DNA of 45,439 nucleotides from a virus (Duplodnaviria; Heunggongvirae; Uroviricota; Caudoviricetes): IMG/VR virus record IMGVR_UViG_2541047931_000012; one strand, 5' to 3'. Shown piece by piece: positions 36,750 to 45,439 of this stretch (position 1 is its first letter; each line of letters starts with the position of its first letter). The notes under the pieces were generated by a model. It saw only the letters and a program-made list of their open reading frames with translations, ran no database searches and was not told where the DNA came from. The position numbers and the translations under genes were made by a program.

Positions 36750-37249
36750 TGAATGAACTTCTTAGATCAGCAATAGACGCATTATCAATAATGCATATCA
36801 ATATCAGAGAATCTAACTTTGCTTTTTCTGAAGGGTATAATAGCTTTAACTTCAACAGCATAAATAAGCAAACACAATCATTTCGTAAGATAAAAAAAAT
36901 CGAAGCTATTGAATTAGTAAGTGACGATGACTCATTAAAAAATGAGCTATATTACTCTTTTCACTACTCAGTTGGGCTTAGATTTATTGCAAAATCCGAA
37001 GAAACATCTAAAGACGAAAATGATGTTGATACAATTTTTTCTATAGAAGCAATTTTTGAGGCGATATATCGCTCAAAGAGAGAATTATCTAAAGAAGAGT
37101 TAGAAGAATTTGCTAAGCAAAATGTAGGTTTTAATGTATGGCCTTTTTGGCGAGAGTATGTTCAAAACAGCACATCCAGAATGGGAATTACTACAATAGC
37201 TATACCATTCTTTAAATTCAATAAATCAGACATACCTTCATTAGATTAA
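36746..37249 (+). CDS. SecB-like chaperone
   Basis: 167-aa ORF overlapping the antitoxin stop (ATGA); FSIEAI and VWPFWREYVQNSTSRMGITTIAIPFFKF parallel SecB FSIAGI and [28 protein letters not shown]. Confidence 0.6.
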   Translation: MMNELLRSAIDALSIMHINIRESNFAFSEGYNSFNFNSINKQTQSFRKIKKIEAIELVSDDDSLKNELYYSFHYSVGLRFIAKSEETSKDENDVDTIFSIEAIFEAIYRSKRELSKEELEEFAKQNVGFNVWPFWREYVQNSTSRMGITTIAIPFFKFNKSDIPSLD

Positions 37250-37379
37250 ATTCAAATATAACTCCCGGCTACCGTGCCGGGTTTTCTTTTGCCCTCCCCC
37301 CATCACACAAACCGTTCAAAAAACCACCACGACCTCACTTCAGTTATCGCTATGCGATGCAAGTCACAAAATTAATTCT

Positions 37380-37465
37380 TTTTGCTATCAAACATTTAAT
37401 ATCAAAACACATCAACTAATAGCAATAAGTATTGATATCACCAATAGCAATAGCTATTATCACCA
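37380..37465. promoter_or_regulatory. OL-like operator cluster with embedded PL-like promoter (TTGATA - 17 nt - TATTAT at 37432-37460, plus strand)
   Basis: Repeats ctaatagcaataagtattg and caatagcaatagctattat share the AATAGCAAT motif with the OR cluster; the promoter hexamers read rightward toward gam-bet-exo. Confidence 0.5.
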
Positions 37466-37653
37466 TATCGCAACAACACAACGATACGGCAACCACCTGA
37501 TTCACCGTTGCGATGACCGCTTAGATCCGCAGCTTGAATTTCAGCAGGCTTCGGGGAGTGCGAGGGATGAAACGGACGCGTGAACGTCGGTGTGACCAGC
37601 TGAAATCAACTCAACATTTCATACCTTAGTCGCTTCAACGAGGCGGCTTAGTT

Positions 37654-37944
37654 ATGACAACCGGCGGCCATCCACCGCCTGAATACGCGCAGAAGTCTTT
37701 ATATGTTCAGCAGCCCAGCTTACGGGCAGGAGTTTTTATGGTTCATCAACATTACGGAACGCAGACCGTTAATCGCGGTGCGGTCATGCCAGGAATGCTG
37801 GTCAAACGCAAAGATGGTACCTGGACTGCATCAGCTAATTTACGCGGACGACTTTATCTGCATCGCGGCATTGAGCGCACTTATACCCGTGACTTGCTCG
37901 TGGAAGTTTTTCTCGACGGACGCGGCAACGGTCTGAATCACTAA
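37654..37944 (+). CDS. Hypothetical protein at the head of the leftward early operon, in the place where N/cIII/kil would be
   Basis: 96-aa ORF; no arginine-rich N-like motif; lambda similarity resumes only ~80 nt upstream of gam. Confidence 0.3.
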   Translation: MTTGGHPPPEYAQKSLYVQQPSLRAGVFMVHQHYGTQTVNRGAVMPGMLVKRKDGTWTASANLRGRLYLHRGIERTYTRDLLVEVFLDGRGNGLNH

Positions 37945-38019
37945 TCCCCTTTCCTGTTTTCCGAATCAGCCTGGCATTCCGCGGGCGATTTTTTCACAGC
38001 CATTTTCAGGAGTTCAGCC

Positions 38020-38316
38020 ATGAACGCTTATTACATTCAGGATCGTCTTGAGGCTCAGAGCTGGGCGCGTCACTACCAGCAGATCGCCCGTGAAGAGAAA
38101 GAGGCAGAACTGGCAGACGACATGGAAAAAGGCCTGCCCCAGCACCTGTTTGAATCGCTATGCATCGATCATTTACAACGCCACGGGGCCAGCAAAAAAG
38201 CCATTACCCGTGCGTTTGATGACGATGTTGAGTTTCAGGAGCGCATGGCAGAACACATCCGGTACATGGTTGAAACCATTGCTCACCACCAGGTTGATAT
38301 TGATTCAGAGGTATAA
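38020..38316 (+). CDS. gam: Gam (RecBCD inhibitor), short form
   Basis: 98-aa [47 protein letters not shown]..., essentially lambda GamS from memory. Confidence 0.9.
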   Translation: MNAYYIQDRLEAQSWARHYQQIAREEKEAELADDMEKGLPQHLFESLCIDHLQRHGASKKAITRAFDDDVEFQERMAEHIRYMVETIAHHQVDIDSEV

Positions 38317-38321
38317 AACGG

Positions 38322-39107
38322 ATGAGTACAGCACTCGCAACGCTGGCAGGGAAGCTGGCTGAACGTGTCGGCATGGATTCTGTCGACCCACAGGAACTGA
38401 TCACCACTCTTCGCCAGACGGCATTTAAAGGTGATGCCAGCGATGCGCAGTTCATCGCATTGTTGATCGTCGCCAACCAGTACGGCCTTAATCCGTGGAC
38501 GAAAGAAATTTACGCCTTCCCTGATAAGCAGAACGGCATCGTTCCGGTGGTGGGCGTTGATGGCTGGTCCCGCATCATCAATGAAAACCAGCAGTTTGAT
38601 GGCATGGACTTTGAGCAGGACAATGAATCCTGCACATGCCGGATTTACCGCAAGGACCGTAATCATCCGATCTGCGTTACCGAGTGGATGGATGAATGCC
38701 GCCGCGAACCATTCAAAACCCGCGAAGGCAGAGAAATCACGGGGCCGTGGCAGTCGCATCCCAAACGGATGTTACGGCATAAAGCCATGATTCAGTGTGC
38801 CCGTCTGGCCTTCGGATTTGCTGGTATCTATGACAAGGATGAAGCCGAGCGCATTGTCGAAAATACTGCATACACTGCAGAACGTCAGCCGGAACGCGAC
38901 ATCACTCCGGTTAACGATGAAACCATGCAGGAGATTAACACTCTGCTGATCGCCCTGGATAAAACATGGGATGACGACTTATTGCCGCTCTGTTCCCAGA
39001 TATTTCGCCGCGACATTCGCGCATCGTCAGAACTGACACAGGCCGAAGCAGTGAAAGCTCTTGGATTCCTTAAACAGAAAGCCACTGAGCAGAAGGTGGC
39101 AGCATGA
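38322..39107 (+). CDS. bet: Bet (Red-beta single-strand annealing protein)
   Basis: 261-aa [62 protein letters not shown]..., near-identical to lambda Bet from memory. Confidence 0.95.
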   Translation: MSTALATLAGKLAERVGMDSVDPQELITTLRQTAFKGDASDAQFIALLIVANQYGLNPWTKEIYAFPDKQNGIVPVVGVDGWSRIINENQQFDGMDFEQDNESCTCRIYRKDRNHPICVTEWMDECRREPFKTREGREITGPWQSHPKRMLRHKAMIQCARLAFGFAGIYDKDEAERIVENTAYTAERQPERDITPVNDETMQEINTLLIALDKTWDDDLLPLCSQIFRRDIRASSELTQAEAVKALGFLKQKATEQKVAA

Positions 39108-39784
39108 CACCGGACATTATCCTGCAGCGTACCGGGATCGACGTGAGAGCTGTCGAACAGGGGGATGATGCATGGCACAAATTACGGCTCGGCGTCATCA
39201 CCGCTTCAGAAGTTCACAACGTGATAGCAAAGCCCCGCTCAGGAAAGAAGTGGCCTGACATGAAAATGTCCTACTTCCACACCCTGCTGGCTGAGGTTTG
39301 CACCGGTGTGGCTCCGGAAGTTAATGCTAAGGCGCTGGCCTGGGGAAAACAGTACGAGAACGACGCCAGAACCCTGTTTGAATTCACTTCCGGCGTGAAT
39401 ATTACTGAATCCCCGATCATCTATCGCGACGAAAATATGCGCACCGCCTGCTCTCCCGATGGTTTATGCAGTGACGGCAACGGCCTTGAACTGAAATGCC
39501 CGTTTACCTCCCGGGATTTCATGAAATTCCGGCTCGGTGGTTTCGAGGCAATAAAATCGGCTTACATGGCCCAGGTGCAGTACAGCATGTGGGTGACGCG
39601 AAAAGATGCCTGGTACTTTGCCAACTATGACCCGCGCATGAAGCGTGAAGGCCTGCATTATGTCGTGATTGAGCGGAATGAAAAGTACATGGCGAGTTTT
39701 GACGAGATGGTGCCGGAGTTCATCGAAAAAATGGACGAGGCACTGGCTGAAATTGGTTTTGTATTTGGGGAGCAATGGCGATGA
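39104..39784 (+). CDS. exo: Lambda exonuclease (Red-alpha)
   Basis: 226-aa [62 protein letters not shown]..., near-identical to lambda Exo from memory. Confidence 0.95.
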   Translation: MTPDIILQRTGIDVRAVEQGDDAWHKLRLGVITASEVHNVIAKPRSGKKWPDMKMSYFHTLLAEVCTGVAPEVNAKALAWGKQYENDARTLFEFTSGVNITESPIIYRDENMRTACSPDGLCSDGNGLELKCPFTSRDFMKFRLGGFEAIKSAYMAQVQYSMWVTRKDAWYFANYDPRMKREGLHYVVIERNEKYMASFDEMVPEFIEKMDEALAEIGFVFGEQWR

Positions 39785-40128
39785 CGCATCCTCACGATAA
39801 TATCCGGGTAGGCGCAATCACTTTCGTCTACTCCGTTACAAAGCGAGGCTGGGTATTTCCCGGCCTTTCTGTAATCCGAAATCCCCTGAAAGCACAGCGG
39901 CTGGCTGAGGAGATAAATAATAAATGGGGGGGCTGTATGCACAAAGCATCTCCCGTTGAGTTAAGAACGAGTATCGAGATGGCACATAGCCTCGCTCAAA
40001 TTGGAGTCAGGTTTGTGCCAATACCAGTAGAAACAGACGAAGAATTTCACACGTTAGCCGCATCCCTTTCACAAAAGCTGGAAATGATGGTGGCGAAAGC
40101 AGAAGCAGATGAGAGAGACCAGGTATGA
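39775..40128 (+). CDS. Hypothetical early-region protein (lambda orf60a-like N-terminus)
   Basis: 117-aa ORF directly after exo. Confidence 0.5.
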   Translation: MAMTHPHDNIRVGAITFVYSVTKRGWVFPGLSVIRNPLKAQRLAEEINNKWGGCMHKASPVELRTSIEMAHSLAQIGVRFVPIPVETDEEFHTLAASLSQKLEMMVAKAEADERDQV

Positions 40129-40204
40129 CAACCACTGAATGCATTTTTCTGGCAGCGGGCTTCATATTCTGTGTGCTTATGCTTGCCGACATGGGACTTG
40201 TTCA

Positions 40205-40420
40205 ATGACACCTCAGCAGGAAAACGCCCTTCGCAGCATTGCCCGTCAGGCTAATTCTGAAATCAAAAAAGCCAGACAGCAGTTTCCGGATAAAAACGTC
40301 GATGACATTTGCCGTAGCGTACTGAAGAAGCACCGCGAAACGGTAACGCTGATGGGATTCACACCGACTCATTTAAGCCTGGCAATCGGCATGTTAAACG
40401 GCGTCTTTAAGGAACGATGA
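40205..40420 (+). CDS. Hypothetical small early-region protein
   Basis: 71 aa from MTPQQENALRSIARQANSEIKK...; the listed ORF begins upstream at 40139. Confidence 0.45.
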   Translation: MTPQQENALRSIARQANSEIKKARQQFPDKNVDDICRSVLKKHRETVTLMGFTPTHLSLAIGMLNGVFKER

Positions 40421-40518
40421 ACATGAAAAGCAAAATCATCAGGGAGCTACAGGCTCCTTTTTTATTATTCGCATTCACCCTCAAGCGTATTAACCAACAA
40501 TTCAGGGATTAATGGAAG

Positions 40519-40740
40519 ATGGCAGACATCATTGATTCAGCATCAGAAATTGAAGAATTACAGCGCAACACAGCAATAAAAATGCGTCGTCTGAACTACC
40601 AGACTGTATCTGCCACTCATTGTTGTGAGTGTGGCGATCCGATAGATGAACGAAGACGCCTGGTCGTTCAGGGTTGTCGGACTTGTGCAAGTTGCCAGGA
40701 GGATCTGGAGCTTATCAGTAAACAGAGAGGTTCGAAGTGA
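40519..40740 (+). CDS. TraR/DksA-family C4 zinc-finger protein
   Basis: 73-aa ORF with CCECGDPIDERRRLVVQGCRTCASC. Confidence 0.7.
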   Translation: MADIIDSASEIEELQRNTAIKMRRLNYQTVSATHCCECGDPIDERRRLVVQGCRTCASCQEDLELISKQRGSK

Positions 40741-41504
40741 GCGAAATTAATTACCAGGCACTGCGTGAGGTGGCGGAACGTGCAATTCCAGCAATGGAAC
40801 GCCTGTTAATGTTGCCAGTTGATGATGATTTGTTAAGTGAACAGGAACTTAAAGATTACGGTGTGGATATTGATGCGCTCAATGCCTTCAAATTTCTGAC
40901 CGGACCAGAAACCGTGCTGGCACTACTGGATGAACGGGAAAGAAACCTGCAATACATCAAAAGCCGCGATCAGGAGAACGAGGATATTGCGCTAACGGTA
41001 GGGAAGCTGCGTGTTGAGCTGGAAGGCAAAGACAGCAAAATAGCCAATCTTACCGCCGAACGCGATGCTCTTCGTGAAGGTGAGATGGGCGACGCTAGGC
41101 ATAGCAACACACGGGCCGCAGCTGATATCTACTTCCAACTGGTCGAGGAGTGCGAAATTCCTGCTGGCGGTTCTCTGGTCGAGTACGTTGACGATATGCG
41201 CGAGAAGCTGGAAGCCGCAGAGAAGCGCATTGCAGAACTGGAAGCACGGGAAATAAAACCAGCCAAAGGTGAAGTTCTTGTCGTTGTTTCTGGTTTTACT
41301 GGTTGCGGAAAAAGCGCCATCGCCGGGGAAATAGAAATAGCGATGAAGGCTATTGGTGTACCGGTTAAGTGGACTAATGGCGATGCAGAAAAGCGCATGA
41401 CTGGCGCTGACTGGCTGACAGCGATTGAGATGTACAAACCAACTGTGCGCATCGTGGAAGTTAATGTGCCACGCGTCGCTGGCATTTGCATCAAAGGAGA
41501 GTGA
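40737..41504 (+). CDS. ea22: Ea22-like protein
   Basis: N-terminus MSEINYQALREVAERA...LLDERERNLQYIKSRDQENEDIALTVGKLRVELEGKDSKI and C-terminal ...ICIKGE resemble lambda Ea22 from memory. Confidence 0.7.
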   Translation: MSEINYQALREVAERAIPAMERLLMLPVDDDLLSEQELKDYGVDIDALNAFKFLTGPETVLALLDERERNLQYIKSRDQENEDIALTVGKLRVELEGKDSKIANLTAERDALREGEMGDARHSNTRAAADIYFQLVEECEIPAGGSLVEYVDDMREKLEAAEKRIAELEAREIKPAKGEVLVVVSGFTGCGKSAIAGEIEIAMKAIGVPVKWTNGDAEKRMTGADWLTAIEMYKPTVRIVEVNVPRVAGICIKGE

Positions 41505-41506
41505 GA

Positions 41507-41998
41507 GTGCAGATTTCACCGGTTACTCTTCGTGTTGCGAAGGCGTTTATATCCAGACATCACCGACACAATAAACCCCCGGTGGGGCATAAATTCAGCA
41601 TTGGTCTGAGAAATGATGCCGGAGAATTGATAGGTGTGGCGACAGCCGGTAGACCTGTTGCACGACATTTGGACGATGGATTAACGCTTGAAGTAAATCG
41701 CACATGTACCACAGGAGAACGCAACGCTAACAGCGCGCTTTATGGTGCTGTCTGGCGGGCAGCAAAGGCTATGGGTTATCAACGTTGTATTACGTACACC
41801 CAGGCAGATGAATCAGGAGCATCTCTTCGCGCAGCTGGTTTTGTTCGTGTGAAAGAGCTTCCTCCAAGAAAAAGCTGGGCGGAATCAAGCGTCGCCCTGC
41901 GGAGTAAACGCGATCCGGTCGGAAACGGTGGTGTTCCTCGTGTGCTCTGGGAAATCAGGAGAATGAGTACCACTGGCATTCGCATCAAAGGAGAGTGA
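41507..41998 (+). CDS. Hypothetical protein, possibly GNAT-fold acyltransferase-like
   Basis: GTG start after RBS aaaggagag; motifs FISRHHRHNKPPVGHKF and ...GASLRAAGF; the fold assignment is tentative. Confidence 0.35.
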   Translation: MQISPVTLRVAKAFISRHHRHNKPPVGHKFSIGLRNDAGELIGVATAGRPVARHLDDGLTLEVNRTCTTGERNANSALYGAVWRAAKAMGYQRCITYTQADESGASLRAAGFVRVKELPPRKSWAESSVALRSKRDPVGNGGVPRVLWEIRRMSTTGIRIKGE

Positions 41999-41999
41999 T

Positions 42000-42515
42000 A
42001 TGGCGTTAACACACAGCGAACTCTGTCAGATTGCGCACAAGTTCCTTAAGCGCAACGGGTTCAAGGTCTGTTTTCATGACCGCTTTATAGCTGTAACCAG
42101 TACCGGAGAACAGCCAGATGCTATGGGATTCAGAAATTCAGCATCATGCCTGATAGAGGCGAAGTGTTCTCGTGCTGACTTGTTGGCAGATAGAAAAAAG
42201 CGTTTCCGTAAAAATCCCTCACTTGGCATGGGCGACTGGCGATTCTTTATTAGTGAGCCGGAAATTATTTCAGTTGAGGATTTACCTCCCGGCTGGGGAT
42301 TACTTCACGTTGTTAACGGAAGAGTACGGAAAGTACATGGATGGCCCAAGGGTAATTGCTGTTGGGGTAATCCTGACGATAAGCCATTTACTGGAAATAA
42401 GCAGGTTGAATGCGATTACATGTTATCTGCATTAAGGCGCATGGAGCTAAGAGGACACCTTAATGAAATATATGACGGTGTAATTGTTAATAAGAAAGAA
42501 GGAAACGCAGCATGA
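42000..42515 (+). CDS. Putative PD-(D/E)xK-type nuclease
   Basis: 171-aa ORF with ...GEQPDAMGF...CLIEAKCS... fitting the PD...ExK arrangement. Confidence 0.4.
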   Translation: MALTHSELCQIAHKFLKRNGFKVCFHDRFIAVTSTGEQPDAMGFRNSASCLIEAKCSRADLLADRKKRFRKNPSLGMGDWRFFISEPEIISVEDLPPGWGLLHVVNGRVRKVHGWPKGNCCWGNPDDKPFTGNKQVECDYMLSALRRMELRGHLNEIYDGVIVNKKEGNAA

Positions 42516-43381
42516 CCACTTTAACCGACAAAGAACTGATTAAAGAAATCAGAGAGCGTATAGGCAGCCTGGACGTCCGAGACAATATTGAGCGTCGGGC
42601 TTATGAAATTGCTCTGGCATCGCTGGAACGCGAACAGATTCGCCACGAGCATGCCAAATGGTCTGACTCCACATTTGGCTGCGTTGGCCCCATTGGTCCG
42701 CTGAAACATCTCTCAAAAGAGGCACTGGAAGCCGCAGCCGAACCAGACGATCTTAGCGAGTGGGCTGATATGCAGTTTCTGTTGTGGGATGCACAGCGCC
42801 GTGCTGGCATCAGCGATGCTGAAATTACCGCTGCTATGGAAGATAAATTGAAGATCAACATGGAACGCCAGTGGCCTGAACCAAAAGATGGTGAGCCTCG
42901 CTTGCACATTAAAGAACCCGGCAACTCTCCGGTAACTCCGGCTCGCCTGCCTGGTGGTTTCACCATTGAGGATGCGAAGGCATTACATGAAGACCTGGTT
43001 CGCAGCCACATAAGCCAGGCTTTAAGTGGTGAAAAGATGAAAAAGAACGATCGCGATGCTGATTTGCGCTGGATTCATGGCGTAATAGTTCAGGCAGCGT
43101 GGTTTGTAAAAGCATCACTGGAGCAAAATGCACTATCGGGCAACTATCCGGTAACTCCGGATGGTTGGATAAGCTGTAGTGAGCGAATGCCGAAAAAGAA
43201 TCAGAACGTACTTATTTCGGTGAATTTCGATAGTGATCTGGTTGAGCCGCTAATATGCTCCGCACGCTATACCGGAAGTACCTTTCGGCGAGGACAAGCA
43301 ACGATTAAGCCGGGTAATGGTATTGAGCAGGCAACCCACTGGATGCCGCTGCCAGAACCGCCGCAGGAGGTGAATCAATGA
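42512..43381 (+). CDS. DUF550 / DUF551 two-domain prophage protein
   Basis: N-terminal dNTP-pyrophosphohydrolase-like region (...EWADMQFLLWDAQRRAG...) and C-terminal ...ICSARY...HWMPLPEPP tail typical of DUF551. Confidence 0.5.
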   Translation: MTTLTDKELIKEIRERIGSLDVRDNIERRAYEIALASLEREQIRHEHAKWSDSTFGCVGPIGPLKHLSKEALEAAAEPDDLSEWADMQFLLWDAQRRAGISDAEITAAMEDKLKINMERQWPEPKDGEPRLHIKEPGNSPVTPARLPGGFTIEDAKALHEDLVRSHISQALSGEKMKKNDRDADLRWIHGVIVQAAWFVKASLEQNALSGNYPVTPDGWISCSERMPKKNQNVLISVNFDSDLVEPLICSARYTGSTFRRGQATIKPGNGIEQATHWMPLPEPPQEVNQ

Positions 43382-43429
43382 GCTGGCCTGATGCAATCGT
43401 AACTCTGGGGATGGTATTCGCAGTAGCGT

Positions 43430-43708
43430 TTGTTGTGTACTCGATTTGTCGATGGGGATAACCACATGTTCGCTTTGATTCAACGCGGGCAGATATACAC
43501 CGATAGTGCTGGCTACCCGATAAAAATTGTTCGCTGCATAAACAACACTGTGTTGTACAGAAGAATGGATGGGCGAACACAGTCAGTAAAAATAAACGAT
43601 TTCAATGAACTGTTTGAACGGATTGATCACCAGGAATACCGACAAATTCTGGCAGAAACAGAGCAGGAAGCTCATCTGAAAAAATTACGGGCCATGAAAA
43701 GGAAGTAA
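43430..43708 (+). CDS. Hypothetical protein
   Basis: ORF ending ...KLRAMKRK; the likely start is the internal MFALIQRGQIY at 43466. Confidence 0.4.
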   Translation: MLCTRFVDGDNHMFALIQRGQIYTDSAGYPIKIVRCINNTVLYRRMDGRTQSVKINDFNELFERIDHQEYRQILAETEQEAHLKKLRAMKRK

Positions 43709-43864
43709 ACAATGAATAAAGCATTTGAACGATGGGTCCACCAGCGTTACGGCAATCGCTATGATCTGACGCGAGATGTTGACGGTTTCTACTGTCGTGA
43801 AGTTGTGAAGCGAATGTTTGAAGTGTGGTGCCACTGCCGTGGATGAAAGTTTTATGAGGTTGGC

Positions 43865-44119
43865 ATGCAGACAATCATCTATCAGATAACCCCCAGCAAA
43901 TGGTGTACGGAGAGAGTCCTTATTGCATCAACAGGGCTAAAGCCCGGCACCATCGAGCGGGCCAGAAGAAAGTCATGGATGCAGGGAAAAGAATACCGCC
44001 ATTACGCTGTAGAAGGTGATCCTGGGCATTACAGTGAATGCCTGTACAACATCGAAGAAATTATGCGATGGATCGAAAACCAGAAACAACCAGGTGCCAA
44101 AAATGCAAGTTCCGGTTAA
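43865..44119 (+). CDS. Putative excisionase / recombination directionality factor
   Basis: 84-aa ORF immediately upstream of the integrase; assignment by position and size only. Confidence 0.45.
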   Translation: MQTIIYQITPSKWCTERVLIASTGLKPGTIERARRKSWMQGKEYRHYAVEGDPGHYSECLYNIEEIMRWIENQKQPGAKNASSG

Positions 44120-44152
44120 CCTGTTAATGCTCCTGGACGTCTGGGAGGTTTA

Positions 44153-45439
44153 ATGAGTAACGTATCATACCCGATAGGCGTTGAAAACCATGGAGGATCA
44201 CTCCGTATATGGTTTCACTATAATGGCAAACGTGTCAGAGAAAACCTCGGTGTTCCTGACACCGCCAAAAACTGGAAGATCGCAGGTGAACTTCGCACTT
44301 CCGTTTGTTTTGCAATCAGAATGGGGTGTTTCGACTACGCCACACAGTTCCCTAATTCCCCTAACCTGAAACACTTTGGTCTGGGAAAAAGAGAGATAAC
44401 CGTTAAGGCACTTTCGGAAAAATGGTTGGACCTTAAGAAAATTGAGATTTGTGCGAATGCACTTAATCGTTACCAGTCAGTAATTAAAAACATGTTGCCT
44501 ATGTTGGGTGAGAAAAAACTGGTTTCATCCATAACAAAAGAGGATTTACTTTTCGCAAGGAGAGATTTGTTGACCGGTTACCAAAAGCTTTCTAATGGAA
44601 AGATTTCTTCCATAAAAGGGCGCTCAGTGGTCACAGTAAACTACTATATGACAACCATAGCTGGAATGTTTCAATTTGCAACAGATAATGGTTATACCTC
44701 AGGAAACCCATTTAACGGTCTGGCACCCTTAAAAAAGTCCAAGGTAAAACCAGATCCTCTCACCCGTGACGAATTTATTCGTTTTATTGAGGCTTGCCGT
44801 CATCAACAAACAAAAAACCTGTGGATTCTCGCTGTATACACGGGTATTCGTCACGGGGAGCTGGTATCGCTGGCATGGGAAGATATAGATCTTAAAGCAA
44901 GGACTATAACCATCCGTAGGAATTATACAAAACTTGGCGAATTCACTCCACCAAAAACCGATGCTGGCACCGGAAGGACAATTCATCTGGTTCAACCAGC
45001 TATTGATGCTCTTAAAAGTCAGGCGGAAATGACCATGCTTGGAAAGCAACATTCTGTAGAGGTAAAGCAGAGGGAATATGGGAGAAGTACTGTGCATAAA
45101 TGCACTTTTGTTTTTAGTCCTCAGGTAATAAAACAGCGGCAGTTTTCCGGACCGCACTATAAGGTTGACTCCATCAGGGAGTCATGGACAAGTATCTTAA
45201 AACGCGCAGGTCTGAGACACAGAAAATCGTACCAATCCAGGCATACTTATGCATGCTGGTCACTTGCCGCTGGAGCTAATCCTAGTTTTATCGCAAGCCA
45301 GATGGGCCACACAAACGCACAAATGGTATTCAATGTTTACGGAGCATGGATGAAAGACAACAATCACGAACAGATAGAACTCCTTAACAAAAGACTATCT
45401 GAAAGTGTCCCATGTATGCCCCATAAGAAAGTGGGGTAA
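44153..45439 (+). CDS. int: Tyrosine-type site-specific integrase
   Basis: 428-aa ORF with a C-terminal catalytic region containing ...SRHTYACWSLAAGANPSFIASQMGHTNAQMVFNVYGAW (conserved R, H-x-x-R and Y); its stop is at the last bases of the window. Confidence 0.85.
   Translation: MSNVSYPIGVENHGGSLRIWFHYNGKRVRENLGVPDTAKNWKIAGELRTSVCFAIRMGCFDYATQFPNSPNLKHFGLGKREITVKALSEKWLDLKKIEICANALNRYQSVIKNMLPMLGEKKLVSSITKEDLLFARRDLLTGYQKLSNGKISSIKGRSVVTVNYYMTTIAGMFQFATDNGYTSGNPFNGLAPLKKSKVKPDPLTRDEFIRFIEACRHQQTKNLWILAVYTGIRHGELVSLAWEDIDLKARTITIRRNYTKLGEFTPPKTDAGTGRTIHLVQPAIDALKSQAEMTMLGKQHSVEVKQREYGRSTVHKCTFVFSPQVIKQRQFSGPHYKVDSIRESWTSILKRAGLRHRKSYQSRHTYACWSLAAGANPSFIASQMGHTNAQMVFNVYGAWMKDNNHEQIELLNKRLSESVPCMPHKKVG

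Noticed and set aside
37654-37944. Calling the 96-aa ORF an N antiterminator
   Set aside because: No arginine-rich N-terminal motif and no obvious boxA/boxB upstream; left as hypothetical.
43378-43461. 27-aa hydrophobic ORF (MSWPDAIVTLGMVFAVAFVVYSICRWG) overlapping the end of the DUF550/551 gene
   Set aside because: Possible small membrane protein but no RBS or conservation evidence; too speculative to annotate.

Overview
This window is an almost complete lambdoid prophage read in reverse orientation, from integrase at the right edge to a truncated tail gene J at the left edge. All protein-family calls come from reading the six-frame translations against remembered protein sequences and motifs; no database search was run. 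The minus strand carries a lambda-like late region: terminase Nu1/A, head genes W-B-C-D-E-FI-FII, tail genes Z-U-V-G/T-H-M-L-K-I-J, a lambda-like cos site, and a phage-21-type lysis cassette. Upstream lies an Stx-phage-like Q / tRNA / nanS-p region with no stx genes, then the nin region and lambda-like O/P. The immunity region has a cI-like repressor flanked by operator clusters, with YdaS/YdaT-like genes in place of cro/cII and no recognisable N. The plus strand then carries gam-bet-exo, accessory early genes, a putative excisionase and a tyrosine integrase. Two AT-rich insertions look like candidate anti-phage cargo: a toxin-antitoxin-chaperone operon (MqsR-like, MqsA-like, SecB-like) in the rexAB slot after cI, and a NACHT/STAND NTPase island that truncates ren. 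Other points of note are a frameshifted tail gene L, a candidate small RNA between I and J, and a duplicated terminator element flanking a Bro-N cassette.
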